A stretch of DNA of 64,000 nucleotides, from NCBI GenBank assembly GCA_946624065.1, contig CAMORT010000005.1, positions 1,187 through 65,186 on the forward strand, written 5' to 3'. How positions within the stretch are numbered: position 1 is the first letter of the stretch; each line of letters opens with the position of its first letter. The notes beneath the pieces were generated by a model. The model saw only the letters and a list, made by a program, of their open reading frames with translations. It did not search any database and had not been told where the DNA came from. A program made the translations under genes and the position numbers. This document shows positions 41,472-51,234 of the stretch, one piece after another. This stretch comes from an uncultured Bacteroidales bacterium. GTDB lineage: Bacteria; Bacteroidota; Bacteroidia; Bacteroidales; WCHB1-69.

Positions 41472-43514
41472 ATGAGAAAATGTTTGATTTTGATATGGTT
41501 TCTGGCGTTCTTGGGCGTTTGTCAAGGTCAGATTCTCACCTCTTCCAATCTTCCCATTGTTATCATTACCACAGAAGTGAACCCGAATACGGGGTCGCAC
41601 TATTCCATTCCTGACGAGCCCAAAATCGTGGCCCACATGAAAATATTGTATGTGAACGACACGGTGGAGAACTTTCTTTCCAATCAGAACGATTCGGCGT
41701 TTTTGAATTATGATGGTTTGGTGGGAATCGAGTTGCGTGGTTCCACCTCACAAGGAAGCTATAAGAAACCATACGGATTTGAAACCAGAATGGCGGACGG
41801 TGTTACCAACAATAATGTTTCGTTGTTGGGGCTGCCTGCGGAAAACGACTGGGTGCTCAACCCGATGAATGACGAGCCGTCGTATGTGCGTGACGCCTTG
41901 TCCTACTCTTTGGCTGAAAAGATGGGGAACTATGCTCCCCGCACCAAATATTGTGAGGTGATTGTGAATGATGATTATCGGGGGCTCTATTTCCTGACGG
42001 AAAAAATTAAAATCGACGATAAAAGGGTGGATGTTTTGAAGATGGACTCATCCAGTAATGCTGTTCCGGAAGTGACAGGCGGCTATATCATCAAAGCCGA
42101 CAAAACCACAGGCGGAGATGTGCCCGCATGGTCAACACCGGCATACGATTATTGGGAAAATGTGGATTATATTTTCCACAATCCGAAACCGGAAGAAATC
42201 ACACCGGAGCAAAGTGTGTACATCCAGAGTTATTTCGATACCATCCAGGAGTTGATGAATGCGCATAATCAAAATGTAACAAATGGATTTCCTGCATATT
42301 TGGATGTGCCCTCTTTTGTGGATTATATGATTATAGGCGAACTTTCGTCCAATGTTGACATTTACCAGAAAAGCACATTCTTTCACAAAGACCGTAACGG
42401 GAAACTGCGGGCGGGTCCTGTTTGGGATTTCAATCTGGCATACGGGTATGATTTTGGCTCCGTTGGCCGTTCCGGGTACGATGTGTTCCAATTCGCCAAT
42501 GGGGATAATACCGGTTCCGATTTTTGGCATCAATTGTATGAGAACGGTATGTTCCGCTGTGCTTTGGCGCACCGTTGGAATGAATTGACAAGTGAAGGCG
42601 CTCCATTGTCATATGACCAGATTGTCCATGTGATCGACAGTTTGACCGACCGGATCAGTCAGGCGTTACCGCGCGAACGCTTGCGTTGGTTCCAGTTTTA
42701 CAATTACAACTCCCATATCAGTAATATGAAGGCCTGGATACAGAATCGGCAAGACTGGTTGTCAGCCAACTGGAACGGTTCCGATGTGTGTATTCCAGAC
42801 CAACAACTGCCATTGGTGATTTCGAAAATCCATTATCACCCACCCGTTTGGAATGGCTATAATTCTGATCAACAGGAGTTTATCGGCATCACTAATAACG
42901 GGGACGACACTTTGGATGTTTCGGGGGTTTATTTCATGAAACTCGGTTTGACCTATGCTTTTCCTGAGGGTTCTTTGATACCGCCTCACAAAGAGGTTTT
43001 CTTGGTTTCAAATGCCCAAGCGTTTGCGGAAAGGTTCAATTTGACTGCCTATGGGGTGTTTACCCGCCATCTCTCCAACAAATCGCAGGAGTTGGTGCTT
43101 GCGGATGCTTGGGGCAATATCATTGATGAGGTGACTTATCGTGACACACTGCCTTGGCCAATGTCGGCTGACGGGCGAGGCGATTTTCTAGTGCTGATGA
43201 ATTTGGACGCAGACAACAGTCTTGGCGAGAATTGGACCACGGCATCGGAGTTTGTGGGAGTCTCCCATTATTGTCAACAGCATGCGGATATTCAGGCAAG
43301 TCCAAATCCCACTAAAGGTCTGATACAAATAGTGTCGGCAATTCCGATGCGCCAGATTGTTGTGTTTGACATGCAAGGGCGTCAACTTTTAGCTCAAGAA
43401 TTGTACGATGATTCCACCTCAGTGGATATGACCGCTTTTCAGTCGGGGGTGTATTTTGTGCGCGTCACCGACCAGGATCGTCAATCGGTCGTGATGAAGG
43501 TTGTAAAGTGGTAG
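41472..43514 (+). CDS. CotH kinase-family protein with lamin-tail (LTD) domain and T9SS C-terminal sorting domain
   Basis: CotH-like motifs YGFETR, DWVLNPMNDEPSYVRDALSYSLAEKMG, YRGLYFLTEKIK and FNLAYGY. LTD-like ISKIHYHP...EFIGITNNGDDTLDVSG. C-terminus IQASPNPTKGLIQI...GVYFVRVTD. Confidence 0.8.
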   Translation: MRKCLILIWFLAFLGVCQGQILTSSNLPIVIITTEVNPNTGSHYSIPDEPKIVAHMKILYVNDTVENFLSNQNDSAFLNYDGLVGIELRGSTSQGSYKKPYGFETRMADGVTNNNVSLLGLPAENDWVLNPMNDEPSYVRDALSYSLAEKMGNYAPRTKYCEVIVNDDYRGLYFLTEKIKIDDKRVDVLKMDSSSNAVPEVTGGYIIKADKTTGGDVPAWSTPAYDYWENVDYIFHNPKPEEITPEQSVYIQSYFDTIQELMNAHNQNVTNGFPAYLDVPSFVDYMIIGELSSNVDIYQKSTFFHKDRNGKLRAGPVWDFNLAYGYDFGSVGRSGYDVFQFANGDNTGSDFWHQLYENGMFRCALAHRWNELTSEGAPLSYDQIVHVIDSLTDRISQALPRERLRWFQFYNYNSHISNMKAWIQNRQDWLSANWNGSDVCIPDQQLPLVISKIHYHPPVWNGYNSDQQEFIGITNNGDDTLDVSGVYFMKLGLTYAFPEGSLIPPHKEVFLVSNAQAFAERFNLTAYGVFTRHLSNKSQELVLADAWGNIIDEVTYRDTLPWPMSADGRGDFLVLMNLDADNSLGENWTTASEFVGVSHYCQQHADIQASPNPTKGLIQIVSAIPMRQIVVFDMQGRQLLAQELYDDSTSVDMTAFQSGVYFVRVTDQDRQSVVMKVVKW

Positions 43515-43526
43515 TTTTCAAATATT

Positions 43527-44216
43527 TCAGATTGTTCCAATCAGGTTTGTGGGGGTGAGCATTCCCTGTAGCACACCATCGGGATTGCCGTTATCGGTGA
43601 TGAACAGCACATCCAGTTTTTTCTTGCGTTGTTTGGAGCGTTGGAACAATTCGGACGCGTCTTCCAGTGTGGTGTTCGGGTTGATGAAACCGTATTGGTT
43701 TTCGGGGTCGTTCGTGAGGCGGATGAAATCCCGGATATCGTGGAAGGTCAGTTTGTCGGTGAGTGCGGGGGTTTTGTCCTCGGCCACGATTCGCAGGAGT
43801 GTTTTGATGCTGAAGACGCCCACGATGCGATGGTCGTCCACGATGGGGATATAGGAATAATCGTTTCGGTGCATCACTTTTATGGCGTTGAGTACGGAGT
43901 CGGCGGAGGTGGGCGCGAAGATCTGTCCGGCGCGGATGGCCACCCGCATCAGCGTCACCGGATTGAGTGAGTAGTAGAGGTTGTTCACCTGCCGTAGGGC
44001 CTGGTCGGTGACCACAATCATGTCATTGCCCGCTTTCGACCAGTCGTAGTGCGAGAGCAGGTTGCGCAGGATGCGGCAGAAAGAGAGGTTGCTGCGCAGA
44101 TTTTTATATTGGGGCATCTGCTCCAGGTCTTTCATTTCCGTAATGTTGAAATTGTTGAGGGCCCACTCCTCTATTTCGCGATAGCGTTCTAAAAACTGGG
44201 ATGCTTTATTGTCCAT
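43527..44216 (-). CDS. CBS-pair domain protein with N-terminal helical HEPN-like module
   Basis: Two CBS motifs (IPIVDDHRIVGVFSIKTLL and LFITDNGNPDGVLQGMLTPTNL). The N-terminal about 60 aa ends in RILRNLLSHY (Rx4H). Confidence 0.75.
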   Translation of the reverse strand: MDNKASQFLERYREIEEWALNNFNITEMKDLEQMPQYKNLRSNLSFCRILRNLLSHYDWSKAGNDMIVVTDQALRQVNNLYYSLNPVTLMRVAIRAGQIFAPTSADSVLNAIKVMHRNDYSYIPIVDDHRIVGVFSIKTLLRIVAEDKTPALTDKLTFHDIRDFIRLTNDPENQYGFINPNTTLEDASELFQRSKQRKKKLDVLFITDNGNPDGVLQGMLTPTNLIGTI

Positions 44217-44312
44217 GATAACAAAAGTATATCGAGTGTCAAAAATACAAAAAACATCATTATTATGCTTATTGTTTTTCCATTTATTTGTTTTTTGTGG
44301 ATGGCAGTAAAC

Positions 44313-44342
44313 AAAAAAAACACCGACTCTTTGGAATCGGTG
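44313..44342 (-). terminator. Intrinsic terminator after tRNA-Asn
   Basis: On the minus strand: CACCGA-10-nt loop-TCGGTG followed by T8. Confidence 0.7.
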
Positions 44343-44353
44343 CTTTCGTTTTG

Positions 44354-44427
44354 CGCTCCCTCAAGGACTTGAACCTTGGACCCTCTGATTAACAGTCAGA
44401 TGCTCTAACCAACTGAGCTAAGGAAGC
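44354..44427 (-). tRNA. tRNA-Asn (anticodon GTT)
   Basis: Manual fold. Acceptor GCTTCCT/AGGGAGC (one G-U), D-arm GCTC-AGTTGGTTA-GAGC, anticodon arm TCTGA-CTGTTAA-TCAGA, T-arm CAAGG-TTCAAGT-CCTTG. 74 nt, CCA not encoded. Confidence 0.9.
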
Positions 44428-44456
44428 GGGTGGTTAACTGCTGTTGTTAACGGCTG

Positions 44457-44464
44457 CAAAAATA
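44457..44464 (-). promoter_or_regulatory. -7 box TATTTTTG upstream of tRNA-Asn
   Basis: 30 nt upstream of the tRNA 5' end, with a GTTAAC-n7-GTTAAC hairpin in between. Confidence 0.45.
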
Positions 44465-44577
44465 CATTTTTTTTCAATATATGCACTACCCCGAAAAAAA
44501 ATTTTACTTTTGCGGGTTGTTTTGTGGTAATAAAATTATTACATATCTGATAATCAATAATATAAATTGAATTTCCA

Positions 44578-45444
44578 ATGAAAATTACCTTTAAGGATGT
44601 TGCCCGTGAGGCCAAAAATTACTTCTTTATCACTATCGGTTTGGCTATTTTTGTGCTCGGATGGTCCGCTTTTATGACACCTTTCGAAGTTACGGGTGGT
44701 GGTGTAGCAGGTATTGCTTCCATTCTCTATTTCGCCACCAAAATCCCGATCGGTTTCACCACTTTCGCCTTGAATGCCATCCTTATTGCCATCGCTTGGA
44801 AAGTACTCGGCCCTAAATTCTGTGTCAACTCGCTGATTTGTACCATTATTCTATCCGTTTTCTTCTATATCGGACAACGGATCTTCACCCATCCGATTGT
44901 GGATGACATGTTTATGAGTGTCATTATTGGCGCGTCGCTTGGTGCGCTGGGCGCAGGCATCTCCATCAACTGGGGCGGCAATACCGGCGGTCTGGACATC
45001 ATTGCCCTTATGGTCGGCAAGTACCGCAATATCTCCTACGGCAAGGTGAATATGATGTGCAACCTCATCATCGTGGGTTCCTCGTTCTTTATTCTGCAGG
45101 ATATTCAGAAACTGGTCTATAGTTTCGTTGTCCTTTTTGTGAGCATGCTGGTCGCCGATACGGTCATCGACGGTTTCCATCAGACTTACCAGTTTATGGT
45201 GTTTTCCAAAAAGAACGATGAAATCGCCCGCCGTATCAACGAAGAATTGCATCGCGGCGCCTCCTTCCTCAAGGGATACGGTTCTTACGACCGCCAAGAA
45301 AATGATGTGCTGCTCATCATTGCCCACCGTAGCGATAAGGTTCGCGTGACCCGCATCATTAAGGAAATCGACAATTCCGCCTTTGTCACGGTGTCCAAAA
45401 CATCCAGTGTGTTCGGAAAGAATTTCGATACGCTGAAATTGTAA
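44578..45444 (+). CDS. YitT-family membrane protein (DUF161/DUF2179)
   Basis: N-terminus YFFITIGLAIFVLGWSAFMTPFEVTGGGVAGIA, about 5 TM helices, C-terminal soluble domain. Confidence 0.8.
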   Translation: MKITFKDVAREAKNYFFITIGLAIFVLGWSAFMTPFEVTGGGVAGIASILYFATKIPIGFTTFALNAILIAIAWKVLGPKFCVNSLICTIILSVFFYIGQRIFTHPIVDDMFMSVIIGASLGALGAGISINWGGNTGGLDIIALMVGKYRNISYGKVNMMCNLIIVGSSFFILQDIQKLVYSFVVLFVSMLVADTVIDGFHQTYQFMVFSKKNDEIARRINEELHRGASFLKGYGSYDRQENDVLLIIAHRSDKVRVTRIIKEIDNSAFVTVSKTSSVFGKNFDTLKL

Positions 45445-45452
45445 TGTGGCGG

Positions 45453-45554
45453 TTAGCCATTAGCAATTGGCTATTAGCCGTTAGCCAATAGCCAATAGTT
45501 CATAGTCATAGTTCATAGTCATAGTTCATAGTCATAGTTCATAGTTCAAATTCC
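45453..45554. repeat. Degenerate heptamer/hexamer array (15 units) filling the yitT-ispE intergenic region
   Basis: ttagcca ttagcaa ttggcta ttagccg ttagcca atagcca atagttc atagtc atagttc atagtc atagttc atagtc atagttc atagttc aaattcc. Confidence 0.85.
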
Positions 45555-45561
45555 CCTCCCC

Positions 45562-46332
45562 ATGCCCACCTCCCTCGTCAATTGCAAAATTAACCTCGGA
45601 CTGAACATTATCCGAAAACGGGATGACGGGTTCCACGATTTGCAAACCGTGTTCTATCCTACGGATGCGTTTTCCGACCTTTTGTCTTTGGAACCGATTG
45701 CTGGTGGGCTTGAGTTTGTATGCGACAGTGCGCAAGATATCGGTCCGGACAGCGACAATCTTTGTGTGAAGGCATTTCGATTGCTGGAGCGCGATTTCGG
45801 TGTTCAGGGTGTGCGTCTCCGTTTGGAGAAGCATATCCCTACCGGTGCGGGTCTGGGTGGCGGTTCCGCCGATGCGGCGTTTGTGCTGAAAATGCTGACT
45901 GAACAGTTTAAATTACCCTTGGATAATGTGGACCTCAAGCAATATGCCGCGCAACTCGGCAGTGATGTGCCGTTTTTCATCGACAACAAACCGGCATTCG
46001 CCGAAGGAAGAGGCGAGATAATGACGCCCGTTGACCTGGATCTTTCCGCATACAATATTATTATTGAAAAACCGGAGGTGTCGGTTTCCACGCGCGAGGC
46101 CTACGCGCATGTGCGCCCACACGAGTCCGATGTGAACTTCGCGGAAGTGGTGCACAATGTGCCCGTGCACGAGTGGAAAAAGTATCTCTATAATGATTTC
46201 GAGGATTCGGTTTTCCCAAAATATCCCCAAATTGCGGAAATCAAACGCAAGTTTTACGAATCAGGCGCTTTCTACGCCGCCATGTCGGGTAGCGGCTCGG
46301 CAGTGTTCGGAATCTTTCCGAAAGCACGCTAA
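45562..46332 (+). CDS. ispE: 4-(cytidine 5'-diphospho)-2-C-methyl-D-erythritol kinase
   Basis: KINLGLNIIRKRDDGFHDL and the GHMP kinase motif PTGAGLGGGSADAA. Confidence 0.9.
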   Translation: MPTSLVNCKINLGLNIIRKRDDGFHDLQTVFYPTDAFSDLLSLEPIAGGLEFVCDSAQDIGPDSDNLCVKAFRLLERDFGVQGVRLRLEKHIPTGAGLGGGSADAAFVLKMLTEQFKLPLDNVDLKQYAAQLGSDVPFFIDNKPAFAEGRGEIMTPVDLDLSAYNIIIEKPEVSVSTREAYAHVRPHESDVNFAEVVHNVPVHEWKKYLYNDFEDSVFPKYPQIAEIKRKFYESGAFYAAMSGSGSAVFGIFPKAR

Positions 46333-46823
46333 TATTTCAGAATCAGAAACAGGACCAATTCCACTATCAGTACCCCGACGAGGCAGAACCAATGCCATCT
46401 TTTGGCTTTGTCCGTATAGACAAAGTGTTTGTTTAATATGTAGTTCAGCAAACCAACCGGAATTGCCATTAGCGTGATGTTCAGATAGTTATTACTGCTC
46501 CCAAAATGCTCCAGCAGCGCAATGCCACCAATGTTCAGCAAGTAAGTGAACGAGGTGACCATCAGAAAACGGAAAAGCAGTTTGTTATTCTTGTTTTTGA
46601 ACACCAAAATGCCGTAGGTCTTGAAGTTGAATAAGATGCTGACGATGGTGGCCAGGAAATTGGAGATGATATACGCATGGTTGATTTTGAGCAGATGCTC
46701 AAAGATGAACAGGAACACGTAGTTAATAAACAATCCGAACCCGGTGTTCAGTATGGCGGTAAGAATGAAACGGATAAACTGGGGGGTGAATATCTTGTGG
46801 TATAATGTTTTTAATTTCTCCAT
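46329..46823 (-). CDS. GtrA-family membrane protein
   Basis: 164 aa, 4 TM helices, N-terminus FIRFILTAILNTGFGLFINYVF. Confidence 0.7.
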   Translation of the reverse strand: MEKLKTLYHKIFTPQFIRFILTAILNTGFGLFINYVFLFIFEHLLKINHAYIISNFLATIVSILFNFKTYGILVFKNKNNKLLFRFLMVTSFTYLLNIGGIALLEHFGSSNNYLNITLMAIPVGLLNYILNKHFVYTDKAKRWHWFCLVGVLIVELVLFLILKY

Positions 46824-46837
46824 CGGCAGTGTTTTTC

Positions 46838-49660
46838 TTATCGAATAACGGTAATAGAACCGTGATAATCAACGGTTTTCACTTTCCCCTTGTAATAGAA
46901 GGAGTAATAGTAAACCCCGTCGCTGAGGTTGCTGGCGTCAAAGTACTGTGAACCTTTGGTGATGTTTCCGTCTATCGAGTAGGTGTCGTAATTCTTGGCG
47001 TGATACACGGATTTGCCCCACCGGTCATAAATGAACAATTCGTTGCTCCTGAATTGATCGGGATCTTCGGGATTGTAATTTGTGTTCAGATTCTGAATGG
47101 CAAAGCAGTCGTTGACATTATCCCCATTGGGGGTGATGATGTTCGGGAAGATGAGGTCGTCCTCAATGACCACAGTATGGGTGATTTGGCTGGAGCAGTT
47201 TTGCTGGCTGCTCATGGTCAATGTCACATCGTAATCGCCCCAGGAGGCGTAGGTGTGGTCGGGCGAGAAATTTGAGGAGTCGGTGGTGCCGTCGCCAAAA
47301 TCCCAGACAAACCCAAGGCCGCCGTCTCCGAGCATGGTGGAGTCCGCGTAGTTGTGGAAATGGATGGTGCCTCCACTCTCTTGAAACAAGGATATTTCGG
47401 GCGAGGACGCAAACTCGGCGATGGGTTTGTGATAGATATGCAGGCAGTTCCATTTGTACAGTGAGTCGGCGCATCCCTCTGGGGTGCTGACACGGAGATA
47501 GACAGAGTAGGTGCCCGGTTCTTCAATGGTGAAAACGGGATTTTTGTTGGGGGAGGCGTAGGCCAGTGAACCGTCTTCCCTAAGGATAGACCATTCGTAC
47601 TGGTAATCCGGGTTGTCAGCCGTGGTAAGGTCGGTCATTCGTATGGTGGCAGGCGTGCACCCGCTGGTGTCGTTGAGGGTGAAATCCGCATGGGGCACTT
47701 CCAGCACCTCCATGTGGATGGTGTCGCTGCCGTAACAGGTCAAATTGAAAGTGGTGTCGGTAGTGGCGATAAATACGGAATAGTCGCCGGAACTAACCAC
47801 CTCAATATCAGGTGTGTTGTCGCCAGTATTCCAAAAATACTCGGTGTTGGGGGCATCATAATGGGAGGCGATGATGGTGCGGTCGCCATAGCAGGTGTTG
47901 AAATCCTCGCCTAATTCGGGCTTCGGGGATCGCACCACATGCAATGGCACAACGGTATCGTAGGCACAACCGAATTCGTCCACCACAACAGCGGTGTAGG
48001 GGATATCACCATCCTGATCCGGGATGACATACATGCAGTTGGCTCCCGGTCCAACCAGATAGGTGGTGTCAATGTTGACGGCGTATGACCAGTTTTGGGG
48101 CAGTAGGCGAGGGTCTAGGGCGATTTCCCATTCGTGCAGATACCCGTTGTCGTTGGTCCACAGGTCCTGTATTTCAATGTACCAGTTGCCGTTCAGCGGA
48201 CAACCCACCATGCCCGCGAAACTCTCGTTGGGATGGTAAATCTGTGTCATGTTGGCCACATTGCTCGAATCAATCACATACGAGTATGTGCCGTCGTCCC
48301 ACATGGGATTGTAGATGTAATGCACATTGACGGGCTCGTAGCAGTAACCGTAGGTGCCGTTGGCATATTGATAGCCCAATGTCGTATTGTTTGACCAAAC
48401 ATAATTCCAGGCCTCGCCCATGGGGTTTTGGGCAGGGTTGCAGCTGGTTACTTCCTGCAACCGGTTGGCGCGCCCCAGGTTCGTTCGGAAATTGTGCGTT
48501 ATGCCGCCCCAACCGTCATTCTGGTAGTCGGGCACGATGCGGCAGGAGCTACCGTTAGGGCAGAACAGCTTGATGCGGATGTCCTCAATGGCGGAGTGCT
48601 CCATCTTGATGCGGACAAAGAGGATGTCGTTGGCGTTGGTGATGGTGGCGGTGGGCGCGAAAGAGGTGAAGTTCACATATGAACGGTAGTAGTATCCGTA
48701 GGGTGGGCAACTGATGCCGTCGGGCAGGAATACGGTGTCCAGAACGCCCAGTGAGGTGATTTGTTCGCTGCCCACGGAGTCGAGCTGAAGATAGGAAATC
48801 TGGTCGTAGCCCACGGTCAGATCCAAACGCTGGCCGCTGCACACGGTAGGCAACGGACTGGTGTTGCGGATGGGATTTTTGGAGGTGCGCACGCGGAAGG
48901 TGATGGGAATCAGCGACAGACACTGCGTCTGATCGGCAGCGCTGATGGACACATCGTATCCTCTCCCCGGTGTGAAATAGTAATCCACCGAATGGCCTCC
49001 GATGCTGTCTATCTCTTCCAAGTCAAAGTCCCATAAGAAAGTGGTTTGGTTGTCGGATTGATGATAACTGAAGTCATTGTCGGGATAGACACCGTTCACA
49101 CTGAAATGGAGCGTGTCGTATGGGCATAGGTCGATGTAATAATAGCCGTCGTCGGGGTCCAGACGCGGAAGATGCGAGCAGTTTGCAGAGTCGATCTCAA
49201 GCGTGATGCGCTGGCATGGGGCTATACAGCTGGTACGGATTTCAAAGCCGGTGCCTACACCCGAAGCGTCGGAGGTGAATTGCAAAGTGATGGCCCCTGT
49301 GTTGTTTTGAATTGTGGCCGCATATCGGAAAGTGCCGGTGACATCGTAGTTGCTGTTGTTGATTTTGTGCAAGACAGGACCAGTGGTTCCCACGCCATCG
49401 TATATGGTGAGCGTGTCGGTGGTGTCAATGTCCAAATCGGTGATTTCCACCATAACGCACCCGTTGTTGGGGTCGTTAGACAGAATGGTTAAGGTCTCAT
49501 TGACATTGGAAGCATAATTCCCATTCAATCCACCATCATCATAAATAATTATGTTACAATTTGTTACGGATTGCTGCGAACCCATCAAAACCACGGATTG
49601 GGCGTATGAGCCCAAGGCGCAAACAAACCATATGAACAAAAATGCGAATGCTCTTCTCAT
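46838..49660 (-). CDS. Large secreted multidomain protein with PKD-like domains and type-B T9SS (gliding-motility-associated) C-terminal domain
   Basis: Signal peptide. PKD-type FVWDFGDGTTD...HTY...GDYDVTLT. C-terminus IFPNIITPNGDNVNDCF...LFIYDRWGKSVY...YYYSFYY. Confidence 0.8.
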   Translation of the reverse strand: MRRAFAFLFIWFVCALGSYAQSVVLMGSQQSVTNCNIIIYDDGGLNGNYASNVNETLTILSNDPNNGCVMVEITDLDIDTTDTLTIYDGVGTTGPVLHKINNSNYDVTGTFRYAATIQNNTGAITLQFTSDASGVGTGFEIRTSCIAPCQRITLEIDSANCSHLPRLDPDDGYYYIDLCPYDTLHFSVNGVYPDNDFSYHQSDNQTTFLWDFDLEEIDSIGGHSVDYYFTPGRGYDVSISAADQTQCLSLIPITFRVRTSKNPIRNTSPLPTVCSGQRLDLTVGYDQISYLQLDSVGSEQITSLGVLDTVFLPDGISCPPYGYYYRSYVNFTSFAPTATITNANDILFVRIKMEHSAIEDIRIKLFCPNGSSCRIVPDYQNDGWGGITHNFRTNLGRANRLQEVTSCNPAQNPMGEAWNYVWSNNTTLGYQYANGTYGYCYEPVNVHYIYNPMWDDGTYSYVIDSSNVANMTQIYHPNESFAGMVGCPLNGNWYIEIQDLWTNDNGYLHEWEIALDPRLLPQNWSYAVNIDTTYLVGPGANCMYVIPDQDGDIPYTAVVVDEFGCAYDTVVPLHVVRSPKPELGEDFNTCYGDRTIIASHYDAPNTEYFWNTGDNTPDIEVVSSGDYSVFIATTDTTFNLTCYGSDTIHMEVLEVPHADFTLNDTSGCTPATIRMTDLTTADNPDYQYEWSILREDGSLAYASPNKNPVFTIEEPGTYSVYLRVSTPEGCADSLYKWNCLHIYHKPIAEFASSPEISLFQESGGTIHFHNYADSTMLGDGGLGFVWDFGDGTTDSSNFSPDHTYASWGDYDVTLTMSSQQNCSSQITHTVVIEDDLIFPNIITPNGDNVNDCFAIQNLNTNYNPEDPDQFRSNELFIYDRWGKSVYHAKNYDTYSIDGNITKGSQYFDASNLSDGVYYYSFYYKGKVKTVDYHGSITVIR

Positions 49661-49806
49661 AATTTATTTTATGTGAAATGCAAAAATATAAAAATCAATA
49701 TAAATACTTTAGTTTGGTCTCTTTTTTTTAAGAGAAAAATAATTTGTTTGTAATGAATGTTTTGATATCAAAAAAAACATATATTTGCAACCCAAAAATT
49801 CAAACG

Positions 49807-50355
49807 ATGGATATAAAGGACTTAAAGGAGCAATTTAAGCTTCGGTTATCCGGAGTTGAAGATGGAACTTATTGTTATTCAATAGAATGCAATAAAGAGT
49901 TCTTTGAGTTGGCTGAAATTTCCGATGTCCGCGACGGTGATGTGCATTTGCGGGTTGAAATGAAAAAAACTGAGAAATTGGTGGATTTGAACTGCCATTT
50001 CGAAGGGGAAGTGGTGGCTCCTTGCGACCGTTGTCTGCTTCCGGTCACCATCCCGATGGATTTTGACACCCGTCTGATTGTCAAACTGGTGCCTGCTGTG
50101 GAAGAAGGGGAGAATGAGGATGACGATGACATCTGGGTGATGGATGAGAACACTTACGAACTGGACATTTTCCACTTCGTCTATGAATCCATCTTCCTTG
50201 CGCTGCCGCATCGCATTGTCCATGAGGATGATGAGGACGGTAACCCGACCTGTGATCCGGAGGTGATGAGGAAATTGGAGGAGATGGAACATTCTCAGGC
50301 CGAAAAAGAACCCGATCCGAGATGGGATGCGTTGAAGAATTTGAAATTTGATTAA
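49807..50355 (+). CDS. yceD: YceD/DUF177 family protein
   Basis: CDRCL motif, acidic C-terminus, and the classical position immediately upstream of rpmF. Start at ATG 49807, 20 nt after the TATATTTG box. Confidence 0.75.
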   Translation: MDIKDLKEQFKLRLSGVEDGTYCYSIECNKEFFELAEISDVRDGDVHLRVEMKKTEKLVDLNCHFEGEVVAPCDRCLLPVTIPMDFDTRLIVKLVPAVEEGENEDDDDIWVMDENTYELDIFHFVYESIFLALPHRIVHEDDEDGNPTCDPEVMRKLEEMEHSQAEKEPDPRWDALKNLKFD

Positions 50356-50376
50356 AAACTATAAAATTTAGATATT

Positions 50377-50565
50377 ATGCCGAATCCTAAAAGAAGACAC
50401 TCAGCAATGAGAAGAGATAAGAGAAGAGCAAACGATTTCATTACTGCTCCTCAGTTGACGACTTGCAGCCATTGTGGCGCCCCCATCCTGACTCACCGTA
50501 TTTGTCCGGAATGTGGTTACTACAGAGGCAAACAAGCCATCGAAGTAAGCGGTGCCGCTCAGTAA
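50377..50565 (+). CDS. rpmF: 50S ribosomal protein L32
   Basis: MPNPKRRHSAMRRDKRRAN plus a CxxC...CxxC zinc ribbon. 62 aa. Confidence 0.93.
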   Translation: MPNPKRRHSAMRRDKRRANDFITAPQLTTCSHCGAPILTHRICPECGYYRGKQAIEVSGAAQ

Positions 50566-50640
50566 CAGGCGGTTACCCAATTTTTTTACACTTAAGGTTA
50601 GATGACATAAGCAATTATGCCATCTTTTTCTGTTTATATT

Positions 50641-51228
50641 ATGGACATGATTTTCGCTACTCATAACGAACATAAAACCCAGGAGGCACGTGCCATCCTG
50701 GGTGAGGAATGGAACCTGAAAAACCTGCGTGAAATCGGCTGTATGGAAGAAATTCCCGAAACCGCCAACACCCTGCAAGGCAATGCTTTGCAGAAAGTCC
50801 AATATGTGGTGGAGCATTACCACACCAACTGCTTCGCCGATGACACAGGACTGGAAGTGGAAGCGCTGTATGGTGCCCCTGGCGTCTATTCCGCCCGTTA
50901 TGCCGGCGAGCATTGCACCTATCAGGACAATGTGAACAAATTGCTGGCCGAGATGAAAGGCATGACCAATCGCAAGGCCTGCTTCAAGACGGTGGTGGCA
51001 TTGGTGCTGGATGGCGAGACGCATCTTTTTGAAGGTCGCGTTGATGGGCAGATCATCGAGGAACCGCGCGGAACCGCCGGCTTCGGCTACGACCCCGTTT
51101 TTATGCCCGATGGCTACGACCAGACCTTCGCTGAAATGGGCGATGCGGAGAAAAACAGCATCAGCCATCGTGGCCGCGCAATGCGGAAACTGATTGATTT
51201 TTTGAAAGATAAAACGGCGGAAAAATAG
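50641..51228 (+). CDS. rdgB: Non-canonical purine NTP (dITP/XTP) pyrophosphatase RdgB
   Basis: Motifs IFATHNEHKTQE, FADDTGLEVEAL.GAPGVYSARYAG, FGYDPVF and KNSISHRGRA. Confidence 0.88.
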   Translation: MDMIFATHNEHKTQEARAILGEEWNLKNLREIGCMEEIPETANTLQGNALQKVQYVVEHYHTNCFADDTGLEVEALYGAPGVYSARYAGEHCTYQDNVNKLLAEMKGMTNRKACFKTVVALVLDGETHLFEGRVDGQIIEEPRGTAGFGYDPVFMPDGYDQTFAEMGDAEKNSISHRGRAMRKLIDFLKDKTAEK

Positions 51229-51234
51229 TCGGCT

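Noticed and set aside
44217-44577. Looked for an integrated element at tRNA-Asn (an integrase gene, or a direct repeat of the tRNA 3' end).
   Set aside because: There is no integrase or recombinase ORF on either side, and I could not find a second copy of the tRNA 3' segment in the window.
45453-45554. Considered whether the short tandem arrays (this one and the others) are CRISPR arrays or a degenerate CRISPR remnant.
   Set aside because: The period is 6-9 nt with no unique spacers. There is no repeat of 24-48 nt and no cas genes in the window.
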